A stretch of DNA of 64,000 bases from Lingula anatina (taxonomy: Eukaryota; Animalia; Brachiopoda), in NCBI GenBank assembly GCA_051362555.1, contig CM120640.1:47346788-47410787 (forward strand), in the 5' to 3' direction. How positions within the stretch are numbered: position 1 is the first letter of the stretch; the number at the start of each line of letters is the position of its first letter. Of the stretch, positions 13,301-26,429 are shown piece after piece. Below the pieces are notes generated by a model, which was not told the origin of the DNA, did no database searches, and saw only the letters and a list, made by a program, of their open reading frames with translations. The position numbers and the translations under genes were made by a program.

Positions 13301-16300
13301 TTCCTATTTACTAGGTTTAGCACAATGCCAAAATAGTTTTCTTTTGTTGCCTTCACAGGATTGCCTCTATCAAGCAGACCCTGGGACTATATGCAGAGGC
13401 TGTTCTGGAGTACCGGGCTATCCTGACCAAGTCACCAGACTATGTGCCTGCATTGAAAGGTAGTTGTACTATAGTGTCTGTTGTCACTTATTCTGTCAGC
13501 CATTACAAATTTAAATATTCCATTAGGCCTGTGCTCTAGTTGTGGTATATTTAAATTTTTGGGTTGCATTATTGGTGGAAAAAAGGATTCAAATGTTGAC
13601 CCAAAGTAGAAGGACAGAAATGAGATATGGAATTAATTTTATATGAATGTTTTTTCTTTGTTTACCCAAGGTCTAGGTGAAGCTTATGTCCATCTTGCAA
13701 GGGACTCACTGAAGCAGGTTTTCTCTGGCCGGGCAGTTGACCAGTGTCAGGAGGCCATTCACCACTTGACCAGGTATATAATATGTAAGCAGATACTGAA
13801 TCCTTGCTGAAACTCATACCCATGTGGAGTAACGGAAGTAGAATATCTAAAAGTAGTGGAAGGTGGGGCCTGCAGATTTTACCTGTGCATCAAGAGCATT
13901 TTAATCTGTGAAAAAGATATTTATGTAAGGTTGTATTAATTTAGTACAATAACTGAGAAAAGTATATGCTTTAAAGTACCCAAGTATATGATTTGAAGTA
14001 CTTAAATTTTACCCATGATCCCAACTTAATTGATAAAATTAAAATTTATTGAAAATGCTGAAGATTTTTGTAAGTCCTTGTATTTCAATTAAAAATGGTC
14101 AATTTTAATAAGTCTTACTTTATTCTTAAGAGCTGCCTCATTCAGACCAGACCTGTCATGTGTGTGGAAACTGATGGGAGATGCCTGTACTCTGATCCAT
14201 GTGGTGGCAGCAGAGCGGGTCAGGTAATGGAAAGTACTGTGATCACACTGCAGGATTGATATGTAAAAATTGCAAAAAGCATGTACATTACTAGTGAACT
14301 ACAACCAGATGTCATTGATATCCACAATATTACAAATTGAAATTAGAAATCCCATGTAAAATTGGAGATTAAAAATTGACTTGATCACACAGCTTTCATA
14401 TGTACACTCATGAAAAAATACTCTTTGTTTTTAACCTATAATGAATTGGAAATACACCCATTTTTCAAATGACACAGACAAACCTTTACCTGTCTTATTC
14501 AGAACTACAGTGTGAACGTGGCCCTAGTCTGCCCAGTAGACTGCCAACTATATTCAATGAAACAATATGTCACTTTTCCCTAAATTCTTACTTGTTGTTT
14601 ATAAATAAATGGATAAAAAATCAGAGAGATAAGCACACATTACCACTCACAACTACCACACTTGATAGTGACTCTCAAGTTGATTTTTATCACGCCTGTG
14701 CTTGATCTTTGTAGATATTGGAACAAAGGTGGTGAATATTTGAAAAAATGAGCTTTTGATTAACTGAAATAAAGTTTTTTTGTTTAATGGTATGGCATTA
14801 CTTCTTTTGAAGCATGAGAGTCCCAGGCATGTTGTTGGAGAAAGGAAAGAGTGCAGAATCAGAGCATTTGAGTAAAGCACAAGTTCTTACCCTAGGTGCC
14901 AGGTAAATAAACACTTTTGGATTAATGAAGAATATGGATGGATTTGTTCTGTTTTGTGATACGAATTAACATCAGTGAGTCATCTTATGCCAGTTGGATG
15001 AGATAATATTGTAGAAATACAGTTGTATTGTTTGTGCCCTTTGTGCCCTTTTTTTCTGATCAGTTTTTGTTCATTGTAATCATGTTTTATATTTTCTGTA
15101 AATTCTTATCTGCTGTGGTATTTTACAAATTTTAAATGACATATCTAATATACATGCATGTTTGTCAGTATATATTACTTATATTGGTACATTTCTAGGT
15201 GTTATGGACGGGCACTGAAACTGCTGCCAGAATGCTCCACCTTGTGGCAGGACTTGGGACTAAATTACTACAGACAGAATCAGGCCACAGTTGACCTCCA
15301 GGTCAAAAAGGCAACAATGGACAAAGCAGTCCAGGCACTGAAGAGAGCTGTCAGTTTAGACCCTAGAAACCACAAACACTGGACATCACTTGGTGTGGTG
15401 GCAGCAGATATGGGTAAATATAAAAGTTTACAAAAACTTTCTGAGATGTGTTTACGTTTAATTTAACAGATAGATTGAGATAGATAGGTAGAATGATTTA
15501 TTATTTTATGCAGGGTAAGGGTTTATGGCATATGTATTATCTTTAGTTTGAAACACTACATTGGAAATCAAGTCACTTGCATGCATTTAGACTTGTATCT
15601 ATGCTGAATAAATATGTTATATTGAAATGCATGTTAACATTTTTAATTGAAAAAGAAAATCTAAATGCCTTAGTTGACAGCAGCATGTTGCTTTATATTG
15701 ACGAATGGTCAGAAAATAATGCTTTTTGCTTACCTAATTTTGTCTGTTTTAGTGGTAGGTGATTCTGCTCTGGCTCAGCACTGCTTTATCCAGTCTCTGA
15801 AGGCAGAACAGAATGTGAGTTGACAGATATTGTCAGATGGTAAAATACCTGTTAGGTCTGGGTGATACCAGATTTTTGTATAAGTCAGCCAGTCATGAAA
15901 TGTATGTAAACTGAATGATTTTATATCTGAATTAGTTTAATGAGATCATCTGTTTAATTGAAATCCATCATTGTAATGGGATGAGTGATATACCCAAAGC
16001 AATTTTCATTTAATATGTAATTTGTTGTTTTTGTCTTTTCTGTAGAAAGTAACATAATAGTATTAAATAGAGGCATTGGGTTTTGTTTTCATATTTAATT
16101 TAATTTAATTCCCTGTTTCTTTAAACTGTGTATAAATTTTCCAAGTGTCATGTTTACTTGTTTTCTAGAATGTTGTTGCTTGGACAAACCTTGGAACATT
16201 GTATTTCAACAATGGTCAAGTAGAGGTAGGCAGTCCTTGAATACCACTTCATTCATGTTACTACTTAAAATTTCATAATATCCAGAAAAATCAATTTGAT

Positions 16301-19300
16301 CTATACAAAAGTCAAAGTTTTACCGAAGTTAAAATGAATTTTGGTGTTTCAAAAAGAAAATTTTGATTGCATTGCTAAATATTAACCATTAATGGTGATA
16401 AGATGAACATGTTACTTCCAATTATATTTCTGGTTTGTAATATGTCAGTCATCTCTAAACTCCACTAATGATGTTGACTGAAGAGGAGACCTACATATGC
16501 AATGATATTTCAGCTTGCCCATGAAGCCTTCAAGTCTGCCCAGTCTCTAGACCCTGGTTATGTGGCATGCTGGATTGGACAGGTATTTTTACACTGTTTT
16601 TGTTATTTATATTTTTTATTGTTTTTTTTATTAAAATTGAATTAATCATTATTATAATTTTCTTTACAACATACTTGAAAATGTAAATATAATTTGAATA
16701 AATTGTGAATAAATAAATTAAAAATTCTTCAAATACAGTTTCAGTCATTTGGAATTAGTAAAGCCCATATTACTACTGAAACAACAAAAATGTAGAATTT
16801 TAAAAGTACTACATACATTACTGCAGTGGTAATCTTCTTCTGTCCAGGCAATGATAGCAGAGACAGTGGGGCATGAAGATGCCATGGATCTCTACAGACA
16901 CACAACTGAACTGGGACACCATGTAAGTGAGGGTTTGGATGTTGACTTCTCATGTGTGGAACAATTTGTAGACTGCTTTATTCATATTTTATTGAATATA
17001 CTAATACCGACGTCTTTGTCAATGTATAATTGTATTGCCTTATAATTGTATTTTCAGCTTGAGGGAAGTATTGGGTATGCTAATTGGGTGTGTCGCACAC
17101 TGGAGGATAAGAGTAACAGAGATTCTGAGGTGTTCAAGTTTTCAATTGTGCAAATGGATGCCATTCCAGCAGCATGTGATGCTTTGGCAAAATACACAGG
17201 TTAGCAGTTTATATTGGGAAATTAGTCATGTTGGTAAACACTGTCAAATGAGCTAGATGTTTTTGTTAAATCTTGCATCTTGTTGTAGGTGGCTATAAAA
17301 TATAAATATAAATATAATATGGTGTGCATGGGTTTGCATGATAAAGCAGTATATATTGAACTTGAGATAATATGTTATATTATAGGGTGTCAATGGTATT
17401 AAATTTTATAAATATTTGTTTGGCATTCATTTTCTTACGCTCTGATATATTAAATAATAAAAAACAATATAACTATTTTGCATTATAAGTCTACTACATG
17501 ACCAATATAGTGTGAAAAGAATTGAAACCTTGGTTATTTTATCAGCTGATGGGACTGTTTTGTGAACTTGCTTACATCTTAAAACTTTCAGATCTGGTGC
17601 GTACCAATCCAGCAGCTTATATGATGTATGGATTGCTGTTGGAGAGACAGGGGCTATATAAGCTGGCAGCTCAGGCAATGGGGAAGTAGGTGTGATTTTC
17701 TATGTATATAATATGATTACAGTTCTATTCTGGTGTCACATTGAATTAAGGAAAGCTTGCACAAGTCTTGTTTTAATCATGATTATCAGTCAACCTGAAT
17801 GTCAGATATAAGAACATGATATAAAATGTATAGTTTGTTTGACAGATGTGTTTGATATGGTGGTAGCCAGTTGAAAATTAGATTGTAACTTTCTACATTC
17901 AAACTTTTTATTGCATTTATTTGACCATGATGAACCTTTTTATTGCAGTGCTGTAAAACTGATAGACTTTGTACAGGATCAAGATAAAAGAAATGTCATT
18001 CACAGCAACTATGCTAGGGTTTTATGGTTTGTAGTGAACAATTATATGGTATAATTTCCAGCAATCATATTTGAAATTTCACAAAATATGCTAAGACAAT
18101 AAAAAAGGTTTAACATCAGACATTTTATAGTTGTATGTTAAACAACTTTATAAACACTACTTTAAAAGGATGTAGGTGTTTTCATCAATATAATAATAAT
18201 AATAAGTTAAATAAGAAAGATTGAAATATGCCACATATAAGGGTCTGCCCTCCATTGGGCAAGAGTTGAATATTTTCCGTTTTTAAGGCTGATAAGGCAA
18301 AGAAATCTATTGTTTCCAGTCATGTGGATCAAGCTACAGAAGCCGTTGCCCAGTATCAGCTAATACAACCATTGAATAGATATGAAGATGTGTGTGGCCT
18401 GGCTTTGGCACTCTACAGAAGTGGACAACTGACAGAGAGCTACCAAGGTAGATCCCATGTGATGCAATTGCAATAAAGTGTTTGTTTTTATTTCATTAAA
18501 GGTTGATTTCAAAAACAAACACAAATTCTTTTTAACAGAATTATTATCAACAGAGCGCTTCAATGGCAAGAATGTACAAGTATTATTATTCAAATAACAG
18601 AATACAACCAAGTTAAGACGGTGTTATTTGTCATCAAGCTGACTTGCATTCCTACAAGAATATCATATTTTTTAAAAGCATGTCAGATGTATTAGAAAGC
18701 CTCATCCTGTGATGTTCCAACAGTCAGAACAATTGATGAAAAACAACTGAGACATTTTTTTAAGAGCTGATGCTCCCAGCTGTACTGCAACACTTCAAAT
18801 ATGATTTGCTTGTTTTTTGTCTACATCATTATGTATCATGTTTTTATTGCTAGCCTATGACCAGGCATTGCACTTGGCCCCCAATGCTGAAGAGAAGTCG
18901 CATGTGTTTGCTGCCATGGGGATGGTGGCATATAAGGTCAAGGACTTAGATACTGCCAAGACAGTTCTATTCCAAGGGTAAGTACAGCTTCTCTCATTCT
19001 TTGTACTCAGATAACGTCAGGGTGTAATGGGACAAGGAATGACAGGTGATAAATTTATTTAGCATCCAAATTAAGTCAAAAGAACTGACCGATAGTGTAT
19101 ATTTTTATGAAATCAAAAAATTGGATAATTGAATAATTAATGTGGAGACATAATTCAATTCATTAATTTCAAAGCTTGAATATGCTTGATTTTGAAGATG
19201 TAAAAATGTAGAAATGATCACATGAAAAAAGTCTGCATGTACATTGGTAGGGTTTTATAAATACCTAGTTTAATATCAGCTGCAGATATTGACTGAAATG

Positions 19301-22300
19301 TTATTCCTGAGAAATGTCCTATGCCAGTATCCATGCTTAAATAATTTCCTTTAGTCTGGGAGCCAAGCAACAGCGATGACTCCAATGGAGTTTTTAGTTT
19401 ACCTTTAAGGCTTTTACAAAGTCTAGTTTTCATACATTTGACAAAATAAAAGATGTATAATATTCATAAAATCTACCAGGTCCCAGTGCAGCCCTCCTTC
19501 AAAGCTTGGCCTGAAGGCTCTGTGTAGCCTAGGTCTTATCGAGGGAGATGTCACTCTCAGTGCTGCTGTGTTACAGGAGATACCACAGCTGGAGGAGGAT
19601 GCTGATATGTTTACTGATATCACCTGGCTGACAGCAGCTCTAGCTCTGCTACAGGTGAGGCTGAGAAGTAAATGTAGATAGCTTGTGGTAATGTATGTGG
19701 GGTCAAACAGTGATTATATATTTTATATTTCTTATGTCTTGTTTAATTATCTCTTTATTGTGTAAGGGGGTTATTACACAGGTTTCTCTGCTGTCTAAAA
19801 TCAAGAACTTGTTTATATTGAGTTATAACCAATATGCTGCCAGTCTTCTTCTTTTGGTCATTCCCCCCAAAAAGATAATTTTATTAAATATGTTTTTTTG
19901 GAGTCACTGCCTAATAGAGTGAGCATAATTCAGTCCATTGAATTATAGTAAATGAATTGATTCAAAGATTGTTCAAAAGGAAAGAGTTATAGTTTATAAG
20001 CAGCAGAGGTTTAAGACATAAGAGCTGCAAAACATCTTTTTGTGATCTGGTTGTCTGTTGGGGTAAGTTTGTCCCCTGTCCAGTTCTTTGTCCTTGTCTG
20101 ATTTTATTATCATATTTTGTACTTCAGGGCAAAGCCAAGGCTGGGAGAAACCTTATCCTGAAGGCTGTCCATAAAAACCCAACATCAAAGGAGTTGTGGA
20201 AGCTGGCAAGCAAATACCTTCTGCAGTTTTTGCCATCTGCCTGTGGTGGCGCCACTGCTTGTGCCTCTGAGGTCCATGATGAGCTGACAGGGAAAAATGT
20301 ATGTGTAGGATCCAATATTAACAGTGTGTTCTACTCAGCTGAACAAAAATTCTACCTTGAATTTAGTTATATTTAGTGGATAAAAAGTATCTGTTCAAAA
20401 TTTACACCATAAAATTTATTATTTCTCATTTATCTCTGGTTACTAACTTTTACCTATTGTAGCATAATGATGTACTACTATATTTGGTGTTTTGTTGGTT
20501 ATTTCAGAAGCTGCCAATGTACAGAGCCCTTGGCTGCTTGGCAAAAGGATTGCATTCAAGAGTTGACTGTCACAAGAATGCTTTGAAAGTAGCACAGAAA
20601 GCATTGCATCTCCAACCAGGTAATGAGATATGCAGTGATGTCATTTAATGAAAACAGATGTTATATGCTGGACCGTCCAGGGTTTTTCTTCAAGATCAGC
20701 ATCCAGATCAGTATTTCCATTTTACAACTAAATTTTAAGTTCAGACATTTTGGAAATATATGAAGGCAAAAAAAAAAAAGAAAGAAAGAAATTCACAATT
20801 TTACCATTTACTTCAGATAAACTAGAGCATCACATAGTCCTGCTGTCTGCTATGTATGCTGAGAAGATGATCAGGCAAGACCCAGAGTCTCTGTCCTTTC
20901 ATTCAGCTTACTGGGAGTTTGTACTGTGTTGGGGTGAGTAATAATTGTACTGGTAAAAAGTAATGCAGTGTGTTATCGTGTGTGCATGCATGCACATGTT
21001 CATGCATGTTTTTGTAATTATTTTTATTAAAAAGCAATAATTGTAAGGAATATTTTCTGAACATACTGTGAAAGAATGTGTAAAGATAAAGAAAAATTAT
21101 ACTAATTTCAGTTTTGGATCTAAGAAAGCATTAGCTATTATTTTTCATGTATCCCTCTAAAATATGTAATATATTATGCTGTGTATTGATGTTATTACTT
21201 TTGTATAATAGTGGAAAAGGCGTTAGAGGAAGACAATACCAGTGAAGAGATGGAGATGTCAGTCCTTCACAGATGGTGTTTTAAACAAAATGTTCTTAAT
21301 CTTTTGTTATTTGGACGAAAAGAAGACACAATTGATATACTAAAAAAGGTTAGTTGTTTTGTTGACATAAAAGGTGCAAAACATAAAGAGACTTAAAAAT
21401 TAAGATATCCATCACAGGAATTGACAAAATGCCTTGTAAAATTTATGTGTCAGTGTTTTAAGTATGCTTTTCATGTAACCTTTGAATCAAGGTTTTTTGT
21501 TTGCAGTCTTACAGCATGATGCTGTACAGTTTAGAAATATAATTTTGATGCTACAGTAACATTGTGAAGGCTTAACTGATAATTACCAAATTTATTTTCT
21601 CTCACATTTTATCATAGGCCCTGGAAATGTATGGAACCGATGATTTGCTTGGCTCCCTGGCATTGTATGCTGACAACAACATGGCAGCACTACAACAGTC
21701 TTTGCTTCAGGCCCCAAATAACTGGCTAGGCTGGCAGGTATGAGTAGGGGAATTTAGAGGCAAATTCAAGATTTACATGCCTTTTTTTTTTGTGTGTGTG
21801 TGTGTTTGTGTGTGTTTGTTTCATGGAAAAGTTTTTTTTGTGTGTGTGTTTGTGTATGTGTGTGTGTGTGTGTGCGCATACATGTTTTACTATACTTCAG
21901 ATTCCGATTTTATAATTGTTTAAAATGAGTCTCGTTTCATTTGTGGTCGAATATAAATGCAAATACTCTTGCTTAAAGCTGGTGCAAAAAATTGTAACCC
22001 TCATTATTTTTACTATGATTCAGCCTTTAGAACAGTTTTAAAGCTTTAAACATGATTTAACAGAATGATGTGTATATATTTTTCTCTCCAGCTACTGACC
22101 ACCAGCTACCTAACACAAGGTTTGATAGAGAATGTGGAGATAATCTACAAACAGTTTCTGGAAGTGTCAGAGTAAGTTGTGTGGAAATATTTTGTCTCTA
22201 TACAATTTTCCAGCAATGCAATATAAGTATGTAAGACATTCATTATTTTAGTCACCACAAAAGAATGTTATTGTTTGTATTGTTTGAAAAAATTAGGAAT

Positions 22301-23350
22301 AATAAAGAAATGCAGGTCACGTGTTTGCTACTTGAAGTAGGAGGGTATTATGCAAACGGTCATGTATTACAAACTGTTCAATCAGGAACAGCATTTTAGA
22401 TCAAACAAACAAATGGTATCTTCTGTAGATGCTTTGCTTAAGTATTCTAATCTTCAGTTCCAGCCACAAACTTCACTGTGCCATCCAGTTGGCCCACTTG
22501 TCGTTTACACAGTTACTTAAAGAGGGCGCTAGTGACAAGTGGGGGTCACTGTGCCAAGATGCCCTTGGTGAAGCCTTCAAGTTGGACCCACAATGCATTC
22601 CTGCAAATCTTATGCAAGGGATTTTATTGATGAAGGGAAAGAATCCCAGGTGAGGTTTAGGTTTGGTCTTGTATATATATATATATATATATTAGAATTC
22701 TTTATTCTGCTGCTTCTAGTCATCTTGTCAACTCAATGGTAAACTTGTAATGATACCAACTCATAAATGTTAATATTTTCCATCAAGGAGAATACATTAT
22801 GGATTTTTTTTTGAAAAGATTTCTTTTCTTTTCTTTTCAGACAAGCCAAGAGATACTTTCATTCTGTGCTGCAGGCTTCAAGTGTAACCAACCTGGCTTC
22901 CAGGATAGCCAGGCGTCTGCTACTGCCAATATACAAAGCCAAGAATGATACAGAACATTTAGAGGTAATGGTTCATTTTTATTATTCAGAACAAAAACAG
23001 AAAACAAAAAGTTATTCTTGGAACTTGTTCTTAGGTTTGAGGAAATTGAAAATTCAACATTTTACAGAATGTATTCAGACTTCATTCTGGTTAAAAATGT
23101 ACCAAACTATGTCAAGCATGTGGGATGTCAAATGGGATGACATTATTAATCACACTAATCATTGACAAATAAATGTAAAAATAATGCCCGTTTAATGTTA
23201 ATTGTTGTTTTGGTCTTAGAACATTAAAGAGAAGTGTATAATAATGAGTGAAACCATGTTACCTCTTTTGATTTTCTTTTATTGCAGGAACTCAAGGTCC
23301 AGGCAAATCTTGAAAAAGATATGGAATTTCTAAAGATATGTAACAAGTGA
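4354..23350 (+). CDS. TTC37: Superkiller complex TPR protein SKI3 (TTC37/SKIC3), about 1537 aa, 42 coding exons
   Basis: The N-terminus [30 protein letters not shown] closely matches TTC37, and TPR motifs follow ([49 protein letters not shown]). Phase-checked exons: 4354-4443, 4728-4871, 5215-5306, 5576-5648, 6135-6263, 6421-6519, 6794-6908, 7132-7275, 7433-7540, 10488-10624, 10919-11008, 11233-11330, 11650-11767, 11935-12011, 12232-12331, 12633-12793, 12938-13022, 13140-13171, 13359-13459, 13671-13773, 14131-14223, 14813-14902, 15199-15413, 15753-15814, 16169-16225, 16514-16582, 16848-16922, 17058-17199, 17592-17685, 17949-18026, 18320-18447, 18854-18977, 19480-19654, 20128-20298, 20508-20619, 20817-20933, 21212-21348, 21618-21737, 22092-22171, 22458-22649, 22841-22964, 23288-23350 (TGA). 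Total 4614 nt. Confidence 0.96.
7568..10233 (+). mobile_element. Non-autonomous Helentron-associated element (HINE/DINE-1-like), copy 1, in TTC37 intron 9
   Basis: 5' T-run, palindrome ATGTACAGACACA-GA-TGTGTCTGTACAT, GTC/GCC-type microsatellite, 161-bp tandem units (7657, 7818, 7979) and ~336-bp units (about 8525, 8861, 9200). The 3' end has sub-TIR TCTGTACAT, hairpin GACAGC-TTT-GCTGCC and TTGTT. A second copy lies at 54420-57870. Confidence 0.85.
9909..10071. mobile_element. ~165-bp MITE nested in HINE copy 1
   Basis: Degenerate CAGGGGCGGA-type TIRs flanked by a TTATTG direct repeat. It matches the reverse complement of the free copy at 59041-59207. Confidence 0.8.
21791..21873. repeat. Interrupted (TG)n microsatellite
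   Basis: Directly visible in a TTC37 intron. Confidence 0.9.
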
Positions 23351-23706
23351 TGCAAAATGACATGACTCAGTTTAATATGGATGCCTATTTAAAGTGATCA
23401 AACTTTTTTGTGTGGGGATGCAATCCTTAATGTACTGACGAATTGAAAGAATTTTATTAATAGTATGAATATTGGACAAAATATTTATTGTACAAATACT
23501 GATGTAATCCATCATGGTGGTAATTTTGATCCTTGATTAATGAGCATGACTGCTCTGAAATTTGTCTAAAATATGAAAACGAAAATAAATTATTAAAAAA
23601 ATATGTATTGCTGTACACCAGCTATTTCAGGAGTTGCACTAAGATTGTAATTCCTCTGCTATTCTAAAAACAATATTTTAAGAAACTAATAATGATATCT
23701 ATTAAA

Positions 23707-25985
23707 TTATATATGTTCCAATTTTATAAGTTTGGGTTTTGGTCCTTCCAAGTGTTCATTATCCTTGTTAATGCCATCAGCCTGTGCACAGGTGGACTCT
23801 GAACTTTCAACAAAACCTGCTGATTTCATTGAATTCAAATCCCTTTCTGCATCTTGTTCTGTCAATTCTAGAGATTCCGTATTGAGGTTGTTAAGTTTAA
23901 TGGATTCTGAAAGAATTTCCTGAGTTTTGCTGTCTTTTTCAACATTCTTTGAGGAATTGTCATCCAACTTATTCTCTTCCTTGACTGGCCCTATCTGCCT
24001 TAATCCGTTTGAAGTATCCATAGTATTTGTATCTTCCCGAAGCTCCGAATCGACTAAAATAACTGGTCCTTTTTTCTTAGTCTTTTGTGTATGAACAGAT
24101 TGGAGGGAGACAACTGGCCTTTGAAAGTCCATTACAGTCACGCCAAGTATGCAACACAATTTCTTCATAACGTCATCCACAAAGGCATTTATTTTTAAAT
24201 TGCACTTTTTGTCATGTTTTGTTGGTTGAAGATTAACAACTGCTAACTTCCCCCCATTCTTCTTGACAGCAAGAGGCAGATTTCCACTTGGTACAATTTG
24301 AAGGGTGGTCCCTAGAGTGAGACTCAAGTCAGCCATCTTAGAATGTTCATCAGCTAAGTCTAAATCTCTCTCGGGGAGAGAATCCTCCCAATCAAGAATG
24401 GTATCATAAAGTTTCCCTCTGAAATGTTAAGTAATGTAATATAATTTTATTATGAGTGAACTTTTGTACTGTTTGCTTCCCAATGTGAACAGTGTGGTAA
24501 AAGAAACATCAAACCTGGTGAAGTGTTGTATTAGATAAATTTGATGGTGATGAAAATGTGGCCTTCTGTAGCATTTAATTTAATTCTTTTTTAAATAACA
24601 CATAATTTAATTTTACTCATTATTTCTACCATGTTTCAATTTAATAAATAATTGCTTTAAAGTTGCTCCTATAGAAATGTTAATTGTAACTTTCTTGGAG
24701 CCTTACCTGCACCTGATCCCTTTAGCTTTTGTATATGTGCATGAATTTCCAGTTGGTTTCAGTGCCATTGTTGGAACAGCATGACTTCTAATGTACTACA
24801 AAACAAACATTTTTAAAATGGTAGACAATAACTACACAGTGTTAAATTTAATGTTGAACCAAGAAATAAATGTAGCAAAACTTATGTATAAAATGCTTCT
24901 TTTTTCCCCACATTACAGACAGTTAACAAAGCCTTGATGTAACCAGAAATCTCTGCCCTGCCCTGCCCTGCCCTGCCATACCATACCATATCATACCATA
25001 CCATACCATACCATACCATACCATACCTGTGCTCCACACTTGTTGCACTCTTCCACAAACATGTCGCCATGAAGCTCGGACAACCTGTTCCTAGGAAAGC
25101 CTGACCTTATGTGTAGACCATCAACATTCTGTGTAATCACATAATGCACCAACCCTGCAAAATTATGAACTTAGGTAGATGATTGTGTGTAATGTGATCT
25201 GACACAATGTATGTAATGTGATCTGACACAATATGATAGAGTATTTTTGTTTTGAACAAGAAAAAGTCTGCATAAGTGCAGAACAAACCAACATGTAAGA
25301 CTTACCAGCCCTCTCTAAAGCCACCAATGCCATGTGTGTGAAGGTTGGCCTGGCACTATCAAATGTCACATTTAGTTTTGGTGCCTGTCCCTTCTGTTCC
25401 AATGTCCAAACCCCTTTTATAAAGAAAATGCCTGGCTATCAGTTTATCTTTTTTCTTCAATAATTTAGGAAAGACAAAAATCATTTTGCTGACGTTTCTT
25501 CAACCTATGAATCAAATCCATGACTAAATGAGAACTAATAAGCAAAATATAATTCTTACAGTACATTCATGAGCAGTTATAGCTCAAAATGCATATTTAA
25601 TCCAAATCCTCACATCTCAAATAATGCAAACATGCATAGATAATCATACTAATCACATCACTTTCTATCCTTTAATTCTTATACAAGAATGAGATGAATA
25701 CACTTAAACACTGAGACAACTGAATACATTTTGCACTGAGACCACATATTTGGTTTACAAGTCCAGAATGCCATTCATACCATTAGGTCCCCTAAAATCT
25801 GGAATTCCTGCTGCAGTGCTGATGCCTGCCCCTGTATGTACCACTACATGACGACTACTACGAATCCACTCTGCCAACTGCTCTACTTTCCCATGTACCT
25901 CTGAAGGAGAATCAAATGTCTCTGGCAGCCCACATTTCCCCTTGTGTTCATACTCTGACAGGCCCGTAGCATAGTTGACTGACAT
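23707..25985 (-). CDS. SIRT6: NAD-dependent protein deacylase sirtuin-6, about 413 aa, 5 coding exons
   Basis: [108 protein letters not shown]. Exons 25985-25781, 25413-25306, 25154-25027, 24795-24707 and 24418-23707 total 1242 nt. The acidic C-terminal tail ends in basic PKPKLIK. A probable 5' UTR intron spans 26425-26039. Confidence 0.97.
24953..25026 (-). repeat. (GTATG)10-(GCAGG)4 pentamer array starting at the SIRT6 intron-3 donor
   Basis: The + strand shows (CCCTG)n then (CCATA)n. On the - strand the first GTATG is the true 5' splice site, and one unit reads ATATG. Confidence 0.95.
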
Positions 25986-26429
25986 CTTGTAGGTGTAGAA
26001 GTCTTACTAAAATATAGTTACACCCTTTCTTTAGTTTCCTGAAAGTGTGATGAATTTCTTTAAATGGCATTGATAAAAAACTTAAATGCATTTTTTTTTT
26101 TTTTTTTTTTTTTGCAAATTTATCTATCTGTTATGGAGTGTAAAATTTAGATGGTGCATAATACTATAACATGTAAGTTGTACTTAAGTGATCGTAACTG
26201 CAAATACTGCAGGAATTAAAATAAAGAAAACATTTGAACTACATGTACATTGCCTTGACATATCATGATCTTGTCTGTACACCCTATGTATTTATTTGCC
26301 TTTTATGCAAAAAGAGAATGGTCTGCAGTCTTGTTTTTTTGACCGATTTGTCTGCATGATCACTGTATCGGCTGAATATGAACAGTGCTCAGTGGCTTTT
26401 AGTTATGAAACATGAAAGAACTTACCAAA

